NCBI GenBank assembly: GCA_021780375.1 | Contig: JAJXYT010000001.1 | Span: 304-64,303, forward strand | Length of the DNA: 64,000 nucleotides | Source of the DNA: a bacterium | GTDB lineage: Bacteria; Verrucomicrobiota; Verrucomicrobiia; Limisphaerales; UBA11358 | Reading direction: 5' to 3' | Shown: positions 35,182 through 43,637 of the stretch, in pieces | How the letters are laid out: every line of letters starts with the position of its first letter | Numbering within the stretch: position 1 is the first letter of the stretch | Made by a program: the position numbers and the translations under genes | The notes under the pieces: generated by a model | Told to the model about the DNA's origin: nothing | Database searches by the model: none | The model's input: the letters and a program-made list of their open reading frames with translations, nothing else

Positions 35182-36090
35182 TTAATTGTAATTGTTCATC
35201 CATGTCGGCCAGTTCGGCGTCCAGGGGACAAAAATCTTGCTCCAAGGCAACGTCCAAAGCTCTTTCAACCCCACGTTCCTGACGGAACCATCTACGAAGG
35301 TCATATTGACAGGGCTTCGGCCGGGATGTCTGGCAGTGGCAAATGACTGCAATTCGGTGAATTTCCCGCAAAAACCTTGAGACTGAGGCGGCAAATTATA
35401 AATCAGGTTGCCGGTGCCAGGGGAGTGCGGATTGGATCCCTGCCAGACGCAGTCGCTGAATAATGGCACTCGTGTCGCGTACCTGCCCGCGGCGGTCATG
35501 GTCCGCCAATACCCCGGCGCATCGGGATCACCAACAATGGTTGCGGTCGGAGGGTTGGCCATCCAGCCGTTAAACCCATAACTGCCGCCCATTCCTGGAC
35601 GACCCCACGTCTCCGTCTGTCCCGTTCCGGGCGCCGTGCTCGAACCGACGGGATAAGCATTTGTACCCATTATCCCCCAGGCTAAAAAAGTGGTGTTGTT
35701 GACAGTCCACATGTTTGCACCCAATGAACTGCGGCATGTGGTGGCGGCAGGGCAAAAGCACATTTTACCGCCCATGCCGGTGCCCGTGCTGGATCCGGGA
35801 ATGTACGGCTGCAAAGCGAACATCCACATCCCATCAGGATCATACCAGCCCAACGGCAAACTGTCGTGGTGGTCCCCCGCATAAAGCTGAAAGGACAACC
35901 CCCACTGCCTGAGGTTCGATACGCACAGAATACGCTGCGCTCGGAGTTTTGCGGCGGACAGGGCCGGCAGCAACAAGGCCGCTAAAATGGCAATGATGGC
36001 AATCACCACCAGCAATTCAATCAACGTAAAGCCTGATCGCCATGGTCGCCTCTTTTTCAATTTTGATATTTTAAAATCGGGCGTCTGCAT
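35182..36090 (-). CDS. DUF1559-type protein with prepilin N-terminal cleavage/methylation signal
   Basis: [25 protein letters not shown] class-III signal and a C-terminal ...[11 protein letters not shown] block typical of the PVC-expanded DUF1559 family. Confidence 0.8.
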   Translation of the reverse strand: MQTPDFKISKLKKRRPWRSGFTLIELLVVIAIIAILAALLLPALSAAKLRAQRILCVSNLRQWGLSFQLYAGDHHDSLPLGWYDPDGMWMFALQPYIPGSSTGTGMGGKMCFCPAATTCRSSLGANMWTVNNTTFLAWGIMGTNAYPVGSSTAPGTGQTETWGRPGMGGSYGFNGWMANPPTATIVGDPDAPGYWRTMTAAGRYATRVPLFSDCVWQGSNPHSPGTGNLIYNLPPQSQGFCGKFTELQSFATARHPGRSPVNMTFVDGSVRNVGLKELWTLPWSKIFVPWTPNWPTWMNNYN

Positions 36091-36266
36091 CTGGTATAAA
36101 TGAATTATCCGGATTGTATATTATTATATATCCTTTATCCGCTCTTGTTCAGCACATTTATGACAAGCCAGTTTTCATCTCATTTGTCCCGCTGTTGGAA
36201 CAACAACGGGCATTGTTTCACCTGACGGCATGAGTGATTACGTCAAACGTAGTTGGTTTTTTGGCC

Positions 36267-36295
36267 TTTGCCTAGCCTCACAAATGTAGAGTATT
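36267..36295 (-). promoter_or_regulatory. Conserved upstream motif, copy A (tttgcctagcctcacaaatgtagagtatt on the plus strand)
   Basis: 29/29 identical to 37391-37419. It lies 177 nt upstream of the DUF1559 gene start. Confidence 0.5.
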
Positions 36296-36567
36296 ACCGT
36301 GGCTACCTCGGCATGGCAAACGACCTAAGTCGTTTTGGATAAATACCATCATCCCGGTTCCGTTTTGCCGAATTGAATTTAAACGGAGCTTTGGGTCGGG
36401 AGCGGACTGGATCACGAAATGAATTTCGTCGATGCACAGTATGTGTCATCTGACAAACGGGCCTGCCGAATCCCGACGCCAAAATTGGCTGGATGATGTT
36501 ACAAGCACAAAGTGCTGCTCATTTTCACAAGCAGCACTTTTGCCTTTCACAATGGTCAAAATCAAAA

Positions 36568-37335
36568 CTAACGGGCGGAAAATACCCTTCGGCGCACAAT
36601 CATCAGCAACGCGCCCAAACCGAGGAATGCGCTCGCAACCGGTTCGGGTACCACGGTGTACCTATACGCCGCCGTGCCAAACTTCGTGGCGGCTCCCCCG
36701 GCATCGGTAGCAGCGTCATAAGCATTTTGACCAAGAGTATAAGCGTGATAGCTATTATCTGTCTCCGCCGGATAATTGCTGAGCAATGAACCATAGGCGG
36801 ATTGCCCGGCACTATTGGGGTACGATGACGCAACGTCAAAGTAGAACTGGCTGCCAACACTCAATCCGAGGCTGCTTAACGGCACGGTGAACGTGAGGAA
36901 ATTGTTTCCTGTGCCGCCAGCATCATAGCTCACTGCGGCGTTCTGCGTCCATGCGCCGCCACTGTAGGTGTCCGCACTGGCGCCCGTGTTCCAAGTGGCC
37001 GCAAAGGCGTTTTCACCGGTACTGATGCCAAGACTGGGCCCCCACCCGTTCAGGGCTCCCGCGGAGTTAAACAGCGCCGTACTGCCACTGGCACCCTGGC
37101 CGACATACTGCAAGAGGACATAATACTGAACGTACGCGCTCTGCGCCGCGCTCGTATTAATGGAGAAAGTGATGCTGCTGGCAGTATTGTTGATTACGAC
37201 GCTGCTGATACCTTCCCCATTGGCCCCGCCGCCATTCGCAGTACCGGGACCGATATAAGTGACCTGAGCCTTAGCCGGCAACAGGGCGATTGACAACGCG
37301 GCGAGTACTGATGCGACTGAAGAAACAATTTTCAT
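36568..37335 (-). CDS. PEP-CTERM sorting-domain protein
   Basis: Signal peptide from ATG 37335. The C-terminus VVPEPVASAFLGLGALLMIVRRR has the PEP motif, a TM helix and a basic tail. Confidence 0.8.
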   Translation of the reverse strand: MKIVSSVASVLAALSIALLPAKAQVTYIGPGTANGGGANGEGISSVVINNTASSITFSINTSAAQSAYVQYYVLLQYVGQGASGSTALFNSAGALNGWGPSLGISTGENAFAATWNTGASADTYSGGAWTQNAAVSYDAGGTGNNFLTFTVPLSSLGLSVGSQFYFDVASSYPNSAGQSAYGSLLSNYPAETDNSYHAYTLGQNAYDAATDAGGAATKFGTAAYRYTVVPEPVASAFLGLGALLMIVRRRVFSAR

Positions 37336-37390
37336 AGACGATTGATTTACGGGTTTGCCAACTGCATCAATTATGCCCAAAATTCTTGAG

Positions 37391-37419
37391 TTTGCCTAGC
37401 CTCACAAATGTAGAGTATT
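37391..37419 (-). promoter_or_regulatory. Conserved upstream motif, copy B
   Basis: Identical 29-mer, 56 nt upstream of the PEP-CTERM gene start and just downstream of the response-regulator stop. Confidence 0.5.
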
Positions 37420-37462
37420 CCAAGCCTTCGCCCGGCCCGCATATTATGTAAGTCCTTCTGAA

Positions 37463-38110
37463 TTAACGGCTATCCGGTTTATCCTGTTTGGTGGAACGGA
37501 ATTTGAGGGCCGCTTCGGTGCGGGAACGGACATGCAGCTTATTGTACACGTGCCGGAGATGCCAGCGCACTGTGCCATCGGTCAATCCCAAGCGGTCGGC
37601 GATTTGTTTGTTGGGGAATCCGCTGGCCAGCAATTCCAGGATCTCCCGCTCGCGCGCCGTGAGGTCTTCCACTTCCATGGCGGTCGCCAGCGGCTCTTGA
37701 AAGGAAGCGATGACCTTGCGCGCGATTTCCCGCGACATCGGGGCGCCGCCCTGCCGGACTTCGCGGATGGCGGCAATGAGTTCTTCGGGGGCGCAACGTT
37801 TCAGGAGATAACCACAGGCCCCCATGCGCAGGGCTTTGAAAATCCGTTCGGTGTCTTCATAGACCGTTACCATGATAATTTGGACGGCGGGCAGCGATTG
37901 TTTCAGTTGAGCGAGGCAATCAATGCCCGACATGTTGGGCAATTGAATGTCCATCAGCACAATCTCGGGCTCGTGTTTGGGAATCACCTTCAACGCTTCT
38001 TCGGCCGTCGCACAAGCGCAGACACAGCGGCATTCCGGGTCCGCGTGGATGAATTCCATGAGACTCTCGCGAATCACTTTGTTGTCTTCAACAATGGCAA
38101 TCCTGGTCAT
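37463..38110 (-). CDS. NarL/LuxR-family response regulator
   Basis: REC domain (IVLMDIQLP) plus a LuxR HTH (LTAREREILELLASGFPNKQIADRLGLTDGTVRWHL). The start overlaps the kinase stop (ATGA). Confidence 0.9.
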   Translation of the reverse strand: MTRIAIVEDNKVIRESLMEFIHADPECRCVCACATAEEALKVIPKHEPEIVLMDIQLPNMSGIDCLAQLKQSLPAVQIIMVTVYEDTERIFKALRMGACGYLLKRCAPEELIAAIREVRQGGAPMSREIARKVIASFQEPLATAMEVEDLTAREREILELLASGFPNKQIADRLGLTDGTVRWHLRHVYNKLHVRSRTEAALKFRSTKQDKPDSR

Positions 38111-41100
38111 GAACTTAAAGGCACGTAAAATCGCACTGTGGTGCCGTGACTGGCTTCACTGGTAATTTCAAATCTTCCACCCAACTTTTCAATGCGCGCC
38201 CGCATGTTGGCCACGCCGTCCATTTCCCCGGTGGGCACCCCCGCGGAGAATCCACGCCCGTTGTCGGCGACGGCCAGCCACACCTGACCTTGTTCCGCCT
38301 GGATGCTCAAGCGAACTTCCGAAGCGTCGGCGTGGCGCACCACATTGGTTAACGCCTCCTTGAACGCCAGGAACAACTGATGCCGGTGCCGTGAATCCAC
38401 CATGGGATCGGGCATTGCGGGCATGCCTTCCAGGCGCCAGGCGATGTTGGCCAGGCCCAGGAAACGGTCCGCGTAAAGACAAAAATAACTGACCAGCGAC
38501 GCGAGGGAATCGTGTTTTGGATTCATGGCCCAGACGATCTCATCCAGCGCCGTGACCATTTCGCGGGCTTTTTCACGCGCTTGTTCCAGATAATGGTTCC
38601 GCTTTTGGTCGGGGGCGGTGGCGGATCTTGCCCGGGCGGCCAACATGCTGATTTCGGTGATGCCCGAGCCGAGTTCATCGTGCAGATCCTGGGCAATCCG
38701 GGCGCGTTCCTGCTCCATGGCGCGCTGGTGCTCGACCTTCTGGCGCTGCTGGATTTGAGCTCCCAGCTCCCGGGTGCGTTGTTCAACCTGCCGATGCAAT
38801 TGAGTAATCCACAGCGCGGCGGCGGCCAGCACACACACCAACACACCCATCATGACCAGCAACCGTTCCAGCGTCCACCACGGCGGCCGCGCCAACACTT
38901 TGATGTCCGCGGACGAATTGAGCAGCAGTTCGAAAGAGGTGATATCCTGACCCATCGCCCGGTTCCCGCCTTCACCCAGATAAACTCCGACCAGTTCCAA
39001 ACGGGCGCCCGGAGCCAGCGAATGGACGGAATCATTCCGGGTATTGAGCCGGGCCATAAACGTGCGGACGCCGCTCCGCATTTCCAGAGCCTGGCCGGCC
39101 GGCGTTTCCCGCACGTTCACGAGCAATCCGTCCACCGTCACGAGCGTCGAGTCATACTCCGCATGGATTAAATTGTCCGGTTGCAGCTTGCGCGCCTTCG
39201 GCAGGGGGGCGTGGCCGATCTTGCGCGCCACGGCCTCATGCAGGAGCGGAGAAGCGCCGCTCAGTCCCGGAAAGCCGACCACTTCCACCCGATCACCGGC
39301 TGCCAGTCCCGGAACCGGTTTCTTCAAAACAAATTGCACGCCGTATTTGTCATCCATCAGATAATATTCCGGAGCCTGTGCGTAAATAATCTGTCCCGAA
39401 ACTTTCACCCGCTGGAACACGCCGGCTTGCGGGTTGAACTGCAACAATTCCGCCACGGTCTTCAAGGGAAGCGAAAACAAATCTGTCGGGGCCGGCTGAT
39501 CCACCGAGATTTCCGCGCCGTAAACCCGGATCTCGCCCACTTTTACCTGGTGCGTCACGTAATCCCAGGAGGCCAGCAGACAGCCCCGCACGCGGACGAC
39601 GGCATCTTCATAGCGCTCCAGCCCCGCCGTCTTGATTCCGACAACCCTTAACTCCAACTTGAGCTGGCCGTCCCCCGTGAACAGCGTTACGCCATTGGTG
39701 CTGACCGACGTGATGATGCCCTGTAATTCAACATACTGGGCATCCAGACTTCCGTTCATCAACTGTTCCCAGGCCGGATGCACCGGCTGCGGCAAACGGC
39801 CCGCCCCCAGATCCCCGACACGGTCCGCATCAACAATGGGAGCAAACAGGCTGGGATCGGTCTTGCCTTCGACCTCGAGGTACTCACCAATCTTCGGCGG
39901 CACGGACCGGCTCTCGGAAGCATCAACCACATACAATCCGCGGGTGGCATCTTGAATGGTGAAAGCCTGGCGTTCCGGCAGGACACAGGTAACGACCCCC
40001 TGGATTTTTACAGGATAGCCCCGCTGCGCCTCTTCCCGGTTCAATTGATGAACTTCACTGGCGGTGGTCAACACCGGCAATGTTCCCGCGCGGGTGTCCT
40101 TGTTTTTGGGCGTGGGATTGGTTGTCCCGATGATTTGGATGGCGTGTTTGTCCGAAACCAACAGGACACCACCCACTTGCTCTGCCTCGGCATCGTAAAC
40201 ACTTTGGCAAACGCCGGTGACCCGGACCCGGCTGTTCAACAGCCGGCCCACCGACAATCCGGAACCATCCGCCACCTTGAGCTTCAGGCGGCCGGTCTCG
40301 GAGGTTAATTCCAGGTCCCAACCATCTTTCCGATCACTGACAAACGTGACTTTTCCTTCAACTTCAACCCACTGATAATCACCGCTTTCGCTCAATGTCT
40401 GCCCGATGGTCATCCGGCGCGGTTTCGGCAGTTCTATCCGTCCGATCGTTTCCAGCCGGAGCCCTGAAAGTGTTCGGGGTTCACCAATGAATAATTGACT
40501 GCCATCATCCGAGGTAAGGTAAAAGGTATAAAGGCCGTCGCGGGGAACCTGAAGATAGCCCGTGTATTCCAATCCAACGTGTTCGTTGTGGCTCATCACA
40601 CCCAGCATGACGCCGAGATCAAAGTTGGACACGTTCCCGGTTTTGAGGGGAGCCAGCTCTTTGAAGTCAGGCAAAACCTCGCCGTCAGCTTCGTAACAGG
40701 CATAATTCAATCCGTTTACAAAATTGGTTGCCTCCGTGGCATCCGTTGGAACACGAAAGAGCACTGAATCAGGAATGCTTTGACGGGGCAGGGCCGGCCC
40801 TTGATAAGCCACTTCCAGGCCATATTTTTCGACACCATTAAACCAATCGACGCGAATGGGATGGCGGCCCGCCTGAAGATAGACCGCCCCGGATTTTTCA
40901 ATCATCGTATGGATGCCGTCGTCATCCACCACCGGTCCCACGATTCCGAGTTGAACACCCGCATCCCGCCGGGTAATGGTGCTTTGGCCCTCCAATCGCA
41001 CGCGCTGGCCCGGTTCGAGGGACCGGCCCGCCAAATCCATCTCCAACTCGTCCGTCCCGGACGCATCCTGCAAAACGAATTTTCCCTGCGCCGGGTCCGC

Positions 41101-41328
41101 CCACAAAATGTCTCCTTCCAGACGGATCCGATAGCTGACATTCGGGTTCTGGGAACCCAGCCGGGCGAGTTGCACAAGGTTGGTCACTGCGGACGAATCG
41201 GTCGGGGCGGTGGCGGGCAACGCCGATCCGGCAGTGAAAATCAAAACACAGCCGATCGTGACACACCCCTGTGCCGTCCCCAACGCTTGACGCGCGCGTG
41301 TCGAAAAGGGCTTCAAGAATTCAATCAT
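38107..41328 (-). CDS. Sensor histidine kinase (HisKA_3/NarX-DesK type) with ~800-aa extracytoplasmic region containing PA14-like segments and repeated OB-like modules
   Basis: H-box IAQDLHDELGS and an HATPase block (VADNGRGF...GGRFEI). There are two hydrophobic anchors. PA14-like sequence: GLNYACYEADGE...GLYTFYLTSDDGSQLFIGE. ATG 41328 is preferred over the track start at 41661. Confidence 0.85.
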   Translation of the reverse strand: MIEFLKPFSTRARQALGTAQGCVTIGCVLIFTAGSALPATAPTDSSAVTNLVQLARLGSQNPNVSYRIRLEGDILWADPAQGKFVLQDASGTDELEMDLAGRSLEPGQRVRLEGQSTITRRDAGVQLGIVGPVVDDDGIHTMIEKSGAVYLQAGRHPIRVDWFNGVEKYGLEVAYQGPALPRQSIPDSVLFRVPTDATEATNFVNGLNYACYEADGEVLPDFKELAPLKTGNVSNFDLGVMLGVMSHNEHVGLEYTGYLQVPRDGLYTFYLTSDDGSQLFIGEPRTLSGLRLETIGRIELPKPRRMTIGQTLSESGDYQWVEVEGKVTFVSDRKDGWDLELTSETGRLKLKVADGSGLSVGRLLNSRVRVTGVCQSVYDAEAEQVGGVLLVSDKHAIQIIGTTNPTPKNKDTRAGTLPVLTTASEVHQLNREEAQRGYPVKIQGVVTCVLPERQAFTIQDATRGLYVVDASESRSVPPKIGEYLEVEGKTDPSLFAPIVDADRVGDLGAGRLPQPVHPAWEQLMNGSLDAQYVELQGIITSVSTNGVTLFTGDGQLKLELRVVGIKTAGLERYEDAVVRVRGCLLASWDYVTHQVKVGEIRVYGAEISVDQPAPTDLFSLPLKTVAELLQFNPQAGVFQRVKVSGQIIYAQAPEYYLMDDKYGVQFVLKKPVPGLAAGDRVEVVGFPGLSGASPLLHEAVARKIGHAPLPKARKLQPDNLIHAEYDSTLVTVDGLLVNVRETPAGQALEMRSGVRTFMARLNTRNDSVHSLAPGARLELVGVYLGEGGNRAMGQDITSFELLLNSSADIKVLARPPWWTLERLLVMMGVLVCVLAAAALWITQLHRQVEQRTRELGAQIQQRQKVEHQRAMEQERARIAQDLHDELGSGITEISMLAARARSATAPDQKRNHYLEQAREKAREMVTALDEIVWAMNPKHDSLASLVSYFCLYADRFLGLANIAWRLEGMPAMPDPMVDSRHRHQLFLAFKEALTNVVRHADASEVRLSIQAEQGQVWLAVADNGRGFSAGVPTGEMDGVANMRARIEKLGGRFEITSEASHGTTVRFYVPLSS

Positions 41329-41401
41329 GGTAGAACCGGGGCTGCATTTGTCGAGACTCTTACATTCAGGTTCAGCAGATGGTTCGGACATTCGGTTTGC
41401 T

Positions 41402-41907
41402 TCAGGCTCGCACGGTTCTGGTACGCGCCAGCGCGTCCGTTTGGGAGGGAACCTCTGTTGAACCGCGGCTCCGCTCGGTGACATTGAATCCCCAAAATCG
41501 AATCGGTTGACCATTCCCTTTGACCAGTGGGTCGCCCTCCGCGCGAATAAAGCCGTCCTTTCCCGCGGGCGCATCCAGCCGGAAAGAAAAATCAATGACG
41601 GAGTTGGTGGCGTGGCGATAATCGATGACAAAAGGCTTAAGCTCGATTCCCGGTGACGCAAACGGCGTCGTCAGCCCGAAGGACCGTCTGAAGAAATCGG
41701 ATCTCCACCGGGGGCATTTATCTTGGTCGTTTCCACACCGCCGTTCGGCGCTTGTCTGCCGGCCGGTGGCACTCCATTCCGGGCCGGCGCCGGCGCCGGG
41801 GTTAAAAGCAAAAACAGAAGGGTCCATCCGGGCGCTCGAATTTTCATCTTCCAGTAAAAGTCGCCGGTTCGGAAGCCTGCGCCCAAAAGTCCGCACCTGA
41901 TTGACAT
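41402..41907 (-). pseudogene. Frameshifted, 3'-truncated remnant of a secreted glycoside-hydrolase-like gene
   Basis: A signal peptide MKIRAPGWTLLFLLLTPAPAPA is in one frame. In another frame, LKPFVIDY...LDAPAGKDGFIRAEGDPLVKGNGQPIRFWGFNV resembles the entry to a GH TIM barrel. The ORF stops ~25 codons later. Confidence 0.4.
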
Positions 41908-41990
41908 CCAAGCTCTCCGCGGGGACAGTTTGGTTCATCGTCGGAGAATCGAGGTTGGCTGTTAACCGGGATATTTCACACTCATTGGCA

Positions 41991-42056
41991 GGGAGCGCCG
42001 GCTTGGAGCCGGCCTGGCGCGTTCGTCGCCCAATGCCGGTTGCAGACCGGCGCTCC
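41991..42056. repeat. Degenerate GC-rich hairpin of the GGAGCGCC...GGCGCTCC class
   Basis: gggagcgccggcttggagccggc ... gccggttgcagaccggcgctcc. The outer 10-11 nt are complementary and the interior is degenerate. Confidence 0.5.
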
Positions 42057-42095
42057 GTTCTGTCGGCGTTTTGTGCGAAGTGCGAAATATTCAGG

Positions 42096-43454
42096 TTAAT
42101 GTCGTCCAATCGTTTCCGCCTGCGCTGTTGGCACTGCCGGCTGAGGGCCTAATACGTACAGAGCGGGAAGCGGGTTGCCCCTGGCATCAAAAAGTGAGTT
42201 GGCATCAGGCCCGTTCCAGCGATTGGTGGAACCCGGAATGAAAGTGGCCTCGGGATGCCAGTAATTCACTCCGATGCCACGCCCTTCCGGCGCTTGCCGG
42301 ACCACTCTGATGAGGTCGGCCAAAAATCGTTCCTGTCCTTCAGGGGTCATGGGCCAAATCATATTCTTCGCCGCGGCGGGCGAGGGATGAACATCCCGGG
42401 AAGGATATGCGGTTTCAACAATCATCACGTCCTTGTGGTAACGTTCAATCGTGTGGCGCAGGTTGTCGCGGACATCCTCCAATGTGCCGTGCCAGTTCGG
42501 ATAATAACTCTGGCCGATGACATCATAGTCAACTCCGGCCCGGGTCAGATGGTCAAAATACCATTTGGTCACCGGCCAGTCACCGCCGCAATCAATATGA
42601 ATGACGATGCGGACGTGGTCCTCCGGCGCGGTGACCGAACGAACGCCACGGGCATCGGCTTTTAAAAGCCGGATGAGATGATCCCACTGTTTGGCATCGT
42701 CGTAAGGTTCCGGCGGTTTGATTGCCGTCACATCACCTCCAAACACCTTGACGGTGGAAAGCGGAACCTTCACCTGGCCTTCCGGCCACAGCATACCGCC
42801 AGTGATTTCGTTGCCGAGCTGGACGAAATCCGGCGTTGCGCCGGCGTCCTTCAACGTCTTGATTACCTGGGCGGTGTAGGCCTGCGTTTGTTTGACCAGG
42901 GCATCAAAATCCAGATTCGCCCACGCGGCGGGCTTGTTCTGTTTCTGTGGATCGGCCCACCAATCGGAATAATGAAAATCAAGCATGAACGTCCCGCCCG
43001 CGTCCTTGATTCGTTTGGCCAGTTTGGTGGTATATTCAAGGCCATTGACACCGTCGCGGGGATCAACCCAAATCCGCAAACGAAAACAGGTCCAGCCGTG
43101 TTTCATGAAAATGGCCAGCGCGTCACCGGGTTTGTCACCGTCCATATAAATGCCGCCGCGCTGCTCGACTTCTGCGAGGGTGGAAATATCCGCCCCCAGA
43201 TAGAACGGGGCCGGATTAACCCGGGCCGCCGCTTGAGGAGCGGGGCCGCTCGCACCTCCGGTGGTCGGGAACAAGAGAATGGCCGCGAGTAGCCCGATCC
43301 CCGATGGAACGCTGTTCCAGGACAAAACGGTGGATGATATTTTTATCTTTCCTGAGGTGCTATGGTTGTCGTATCTGTGGGCAGCCGTTGACCGGTGGGC
43401 GCAGTTGCCGACGACGCCACTGCGACGCAGCCAGGCCGGAAAAAATGTGTCCAT
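42096..43454 (-). CDS. GH53 endo-beta-1,4-galactanase, second paralog without FYR tail (start uncertain)
   Basis: GH53 blocks GADISTL, TCFRLRIW, MLDFHYSDWWADPQKQ and VQLGNEI. The hydrophobic signal-like segment begins ~50 codons after the track start. Confidence 0.85.
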   Translation of the reverse strand: MDTFFPAWLRRSGVVGNCAHRSTAAHRYDNHSTSGKIKISSTVLSWNSVPSGIGLLAAILLFPTTGGASGPAPQAAARVNPAPFYLGADISTLAEVEQRGGIYMDGDKPGDALAIFMKHGWTCFRLRIWVDPRDGVNGLEYTTKLAKRIKDAGGTFMLDFHYSDWWADPQKQNKPAAWANLDFDALVKQTQAYTAQVIKTLKDAGATPDFVQLGNEITGGMLWPEGQVKVPLSTVKVFGGDVTAIKPPEPYDDAKQWDHLIRLLKADARGVRSVTAPEDHVRIVIHIDCGGDWPVTKWYFDHLTRAGVDYDVIGQSYYPNWHGTLEDVRDNLRHTIERYHKDVMIVETAYPSRDVHPSPAAAKNMIWPMTPEGQERFLADLIRVVRQAPEGRGIGVNYWHPEATFIPGSTNRWNGPDANSLFDARGNPLPALYVLGPQPAVPTAQAETIGRH

Positions 43455-43518
43455 GGAATGATGTTACACCCGCAAATCAACTTGTTGCATCAGGAAATCA
43501 ACCGAAGGGCCAAAACCA

Positions 43519-43540
43519 TACATTTGTGAGGCTATGCAAA
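43519..43540 (+). promoter_or_regulatory. Conserved upstream motif, copy C (tacatttgtgaggctatgcaaa)
   Basis: 21/22 identical to the reverse complement of the core of copies A and B. It has the same orientation relative to its downstream gene (GH2, ATG 43638). Confidence 0.5.
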
Positions 43541-43637
43541 ATCCTTCCAAAAGGTTGCCATTCATCCAATGGCCACCACGAAGTTCTTGAAGCGGAACCT
43601 CTCGCTTCGGAATTAACAAGCTGGAAAGGCGATACTT

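Noticed and set aside
36267-36295. Reading the conserved motif as a Bacteroidota-type promoter. The gene-strand core contains TACATTTG, matching the -7 element pattern TAnnTTTG.
   Set aside because: No suitably spaced upstream TTTG (-33) element is shared by the three copies. The distances to the start codons vary widely (56, 98 and 177 nt). It is kept only as a generic regulatory-motif candidate.
41329-41661. 111-codon N-terminal extension of the sensor kinase ORF given in the ORF track.
   Set aside because: The extension has no signal or TM character and overlaps the GH-fragment remnant. ATG 41328 is followed directly by a typical hydrophobic anchor (GCVTIGCVLIFTAGSALPATA).
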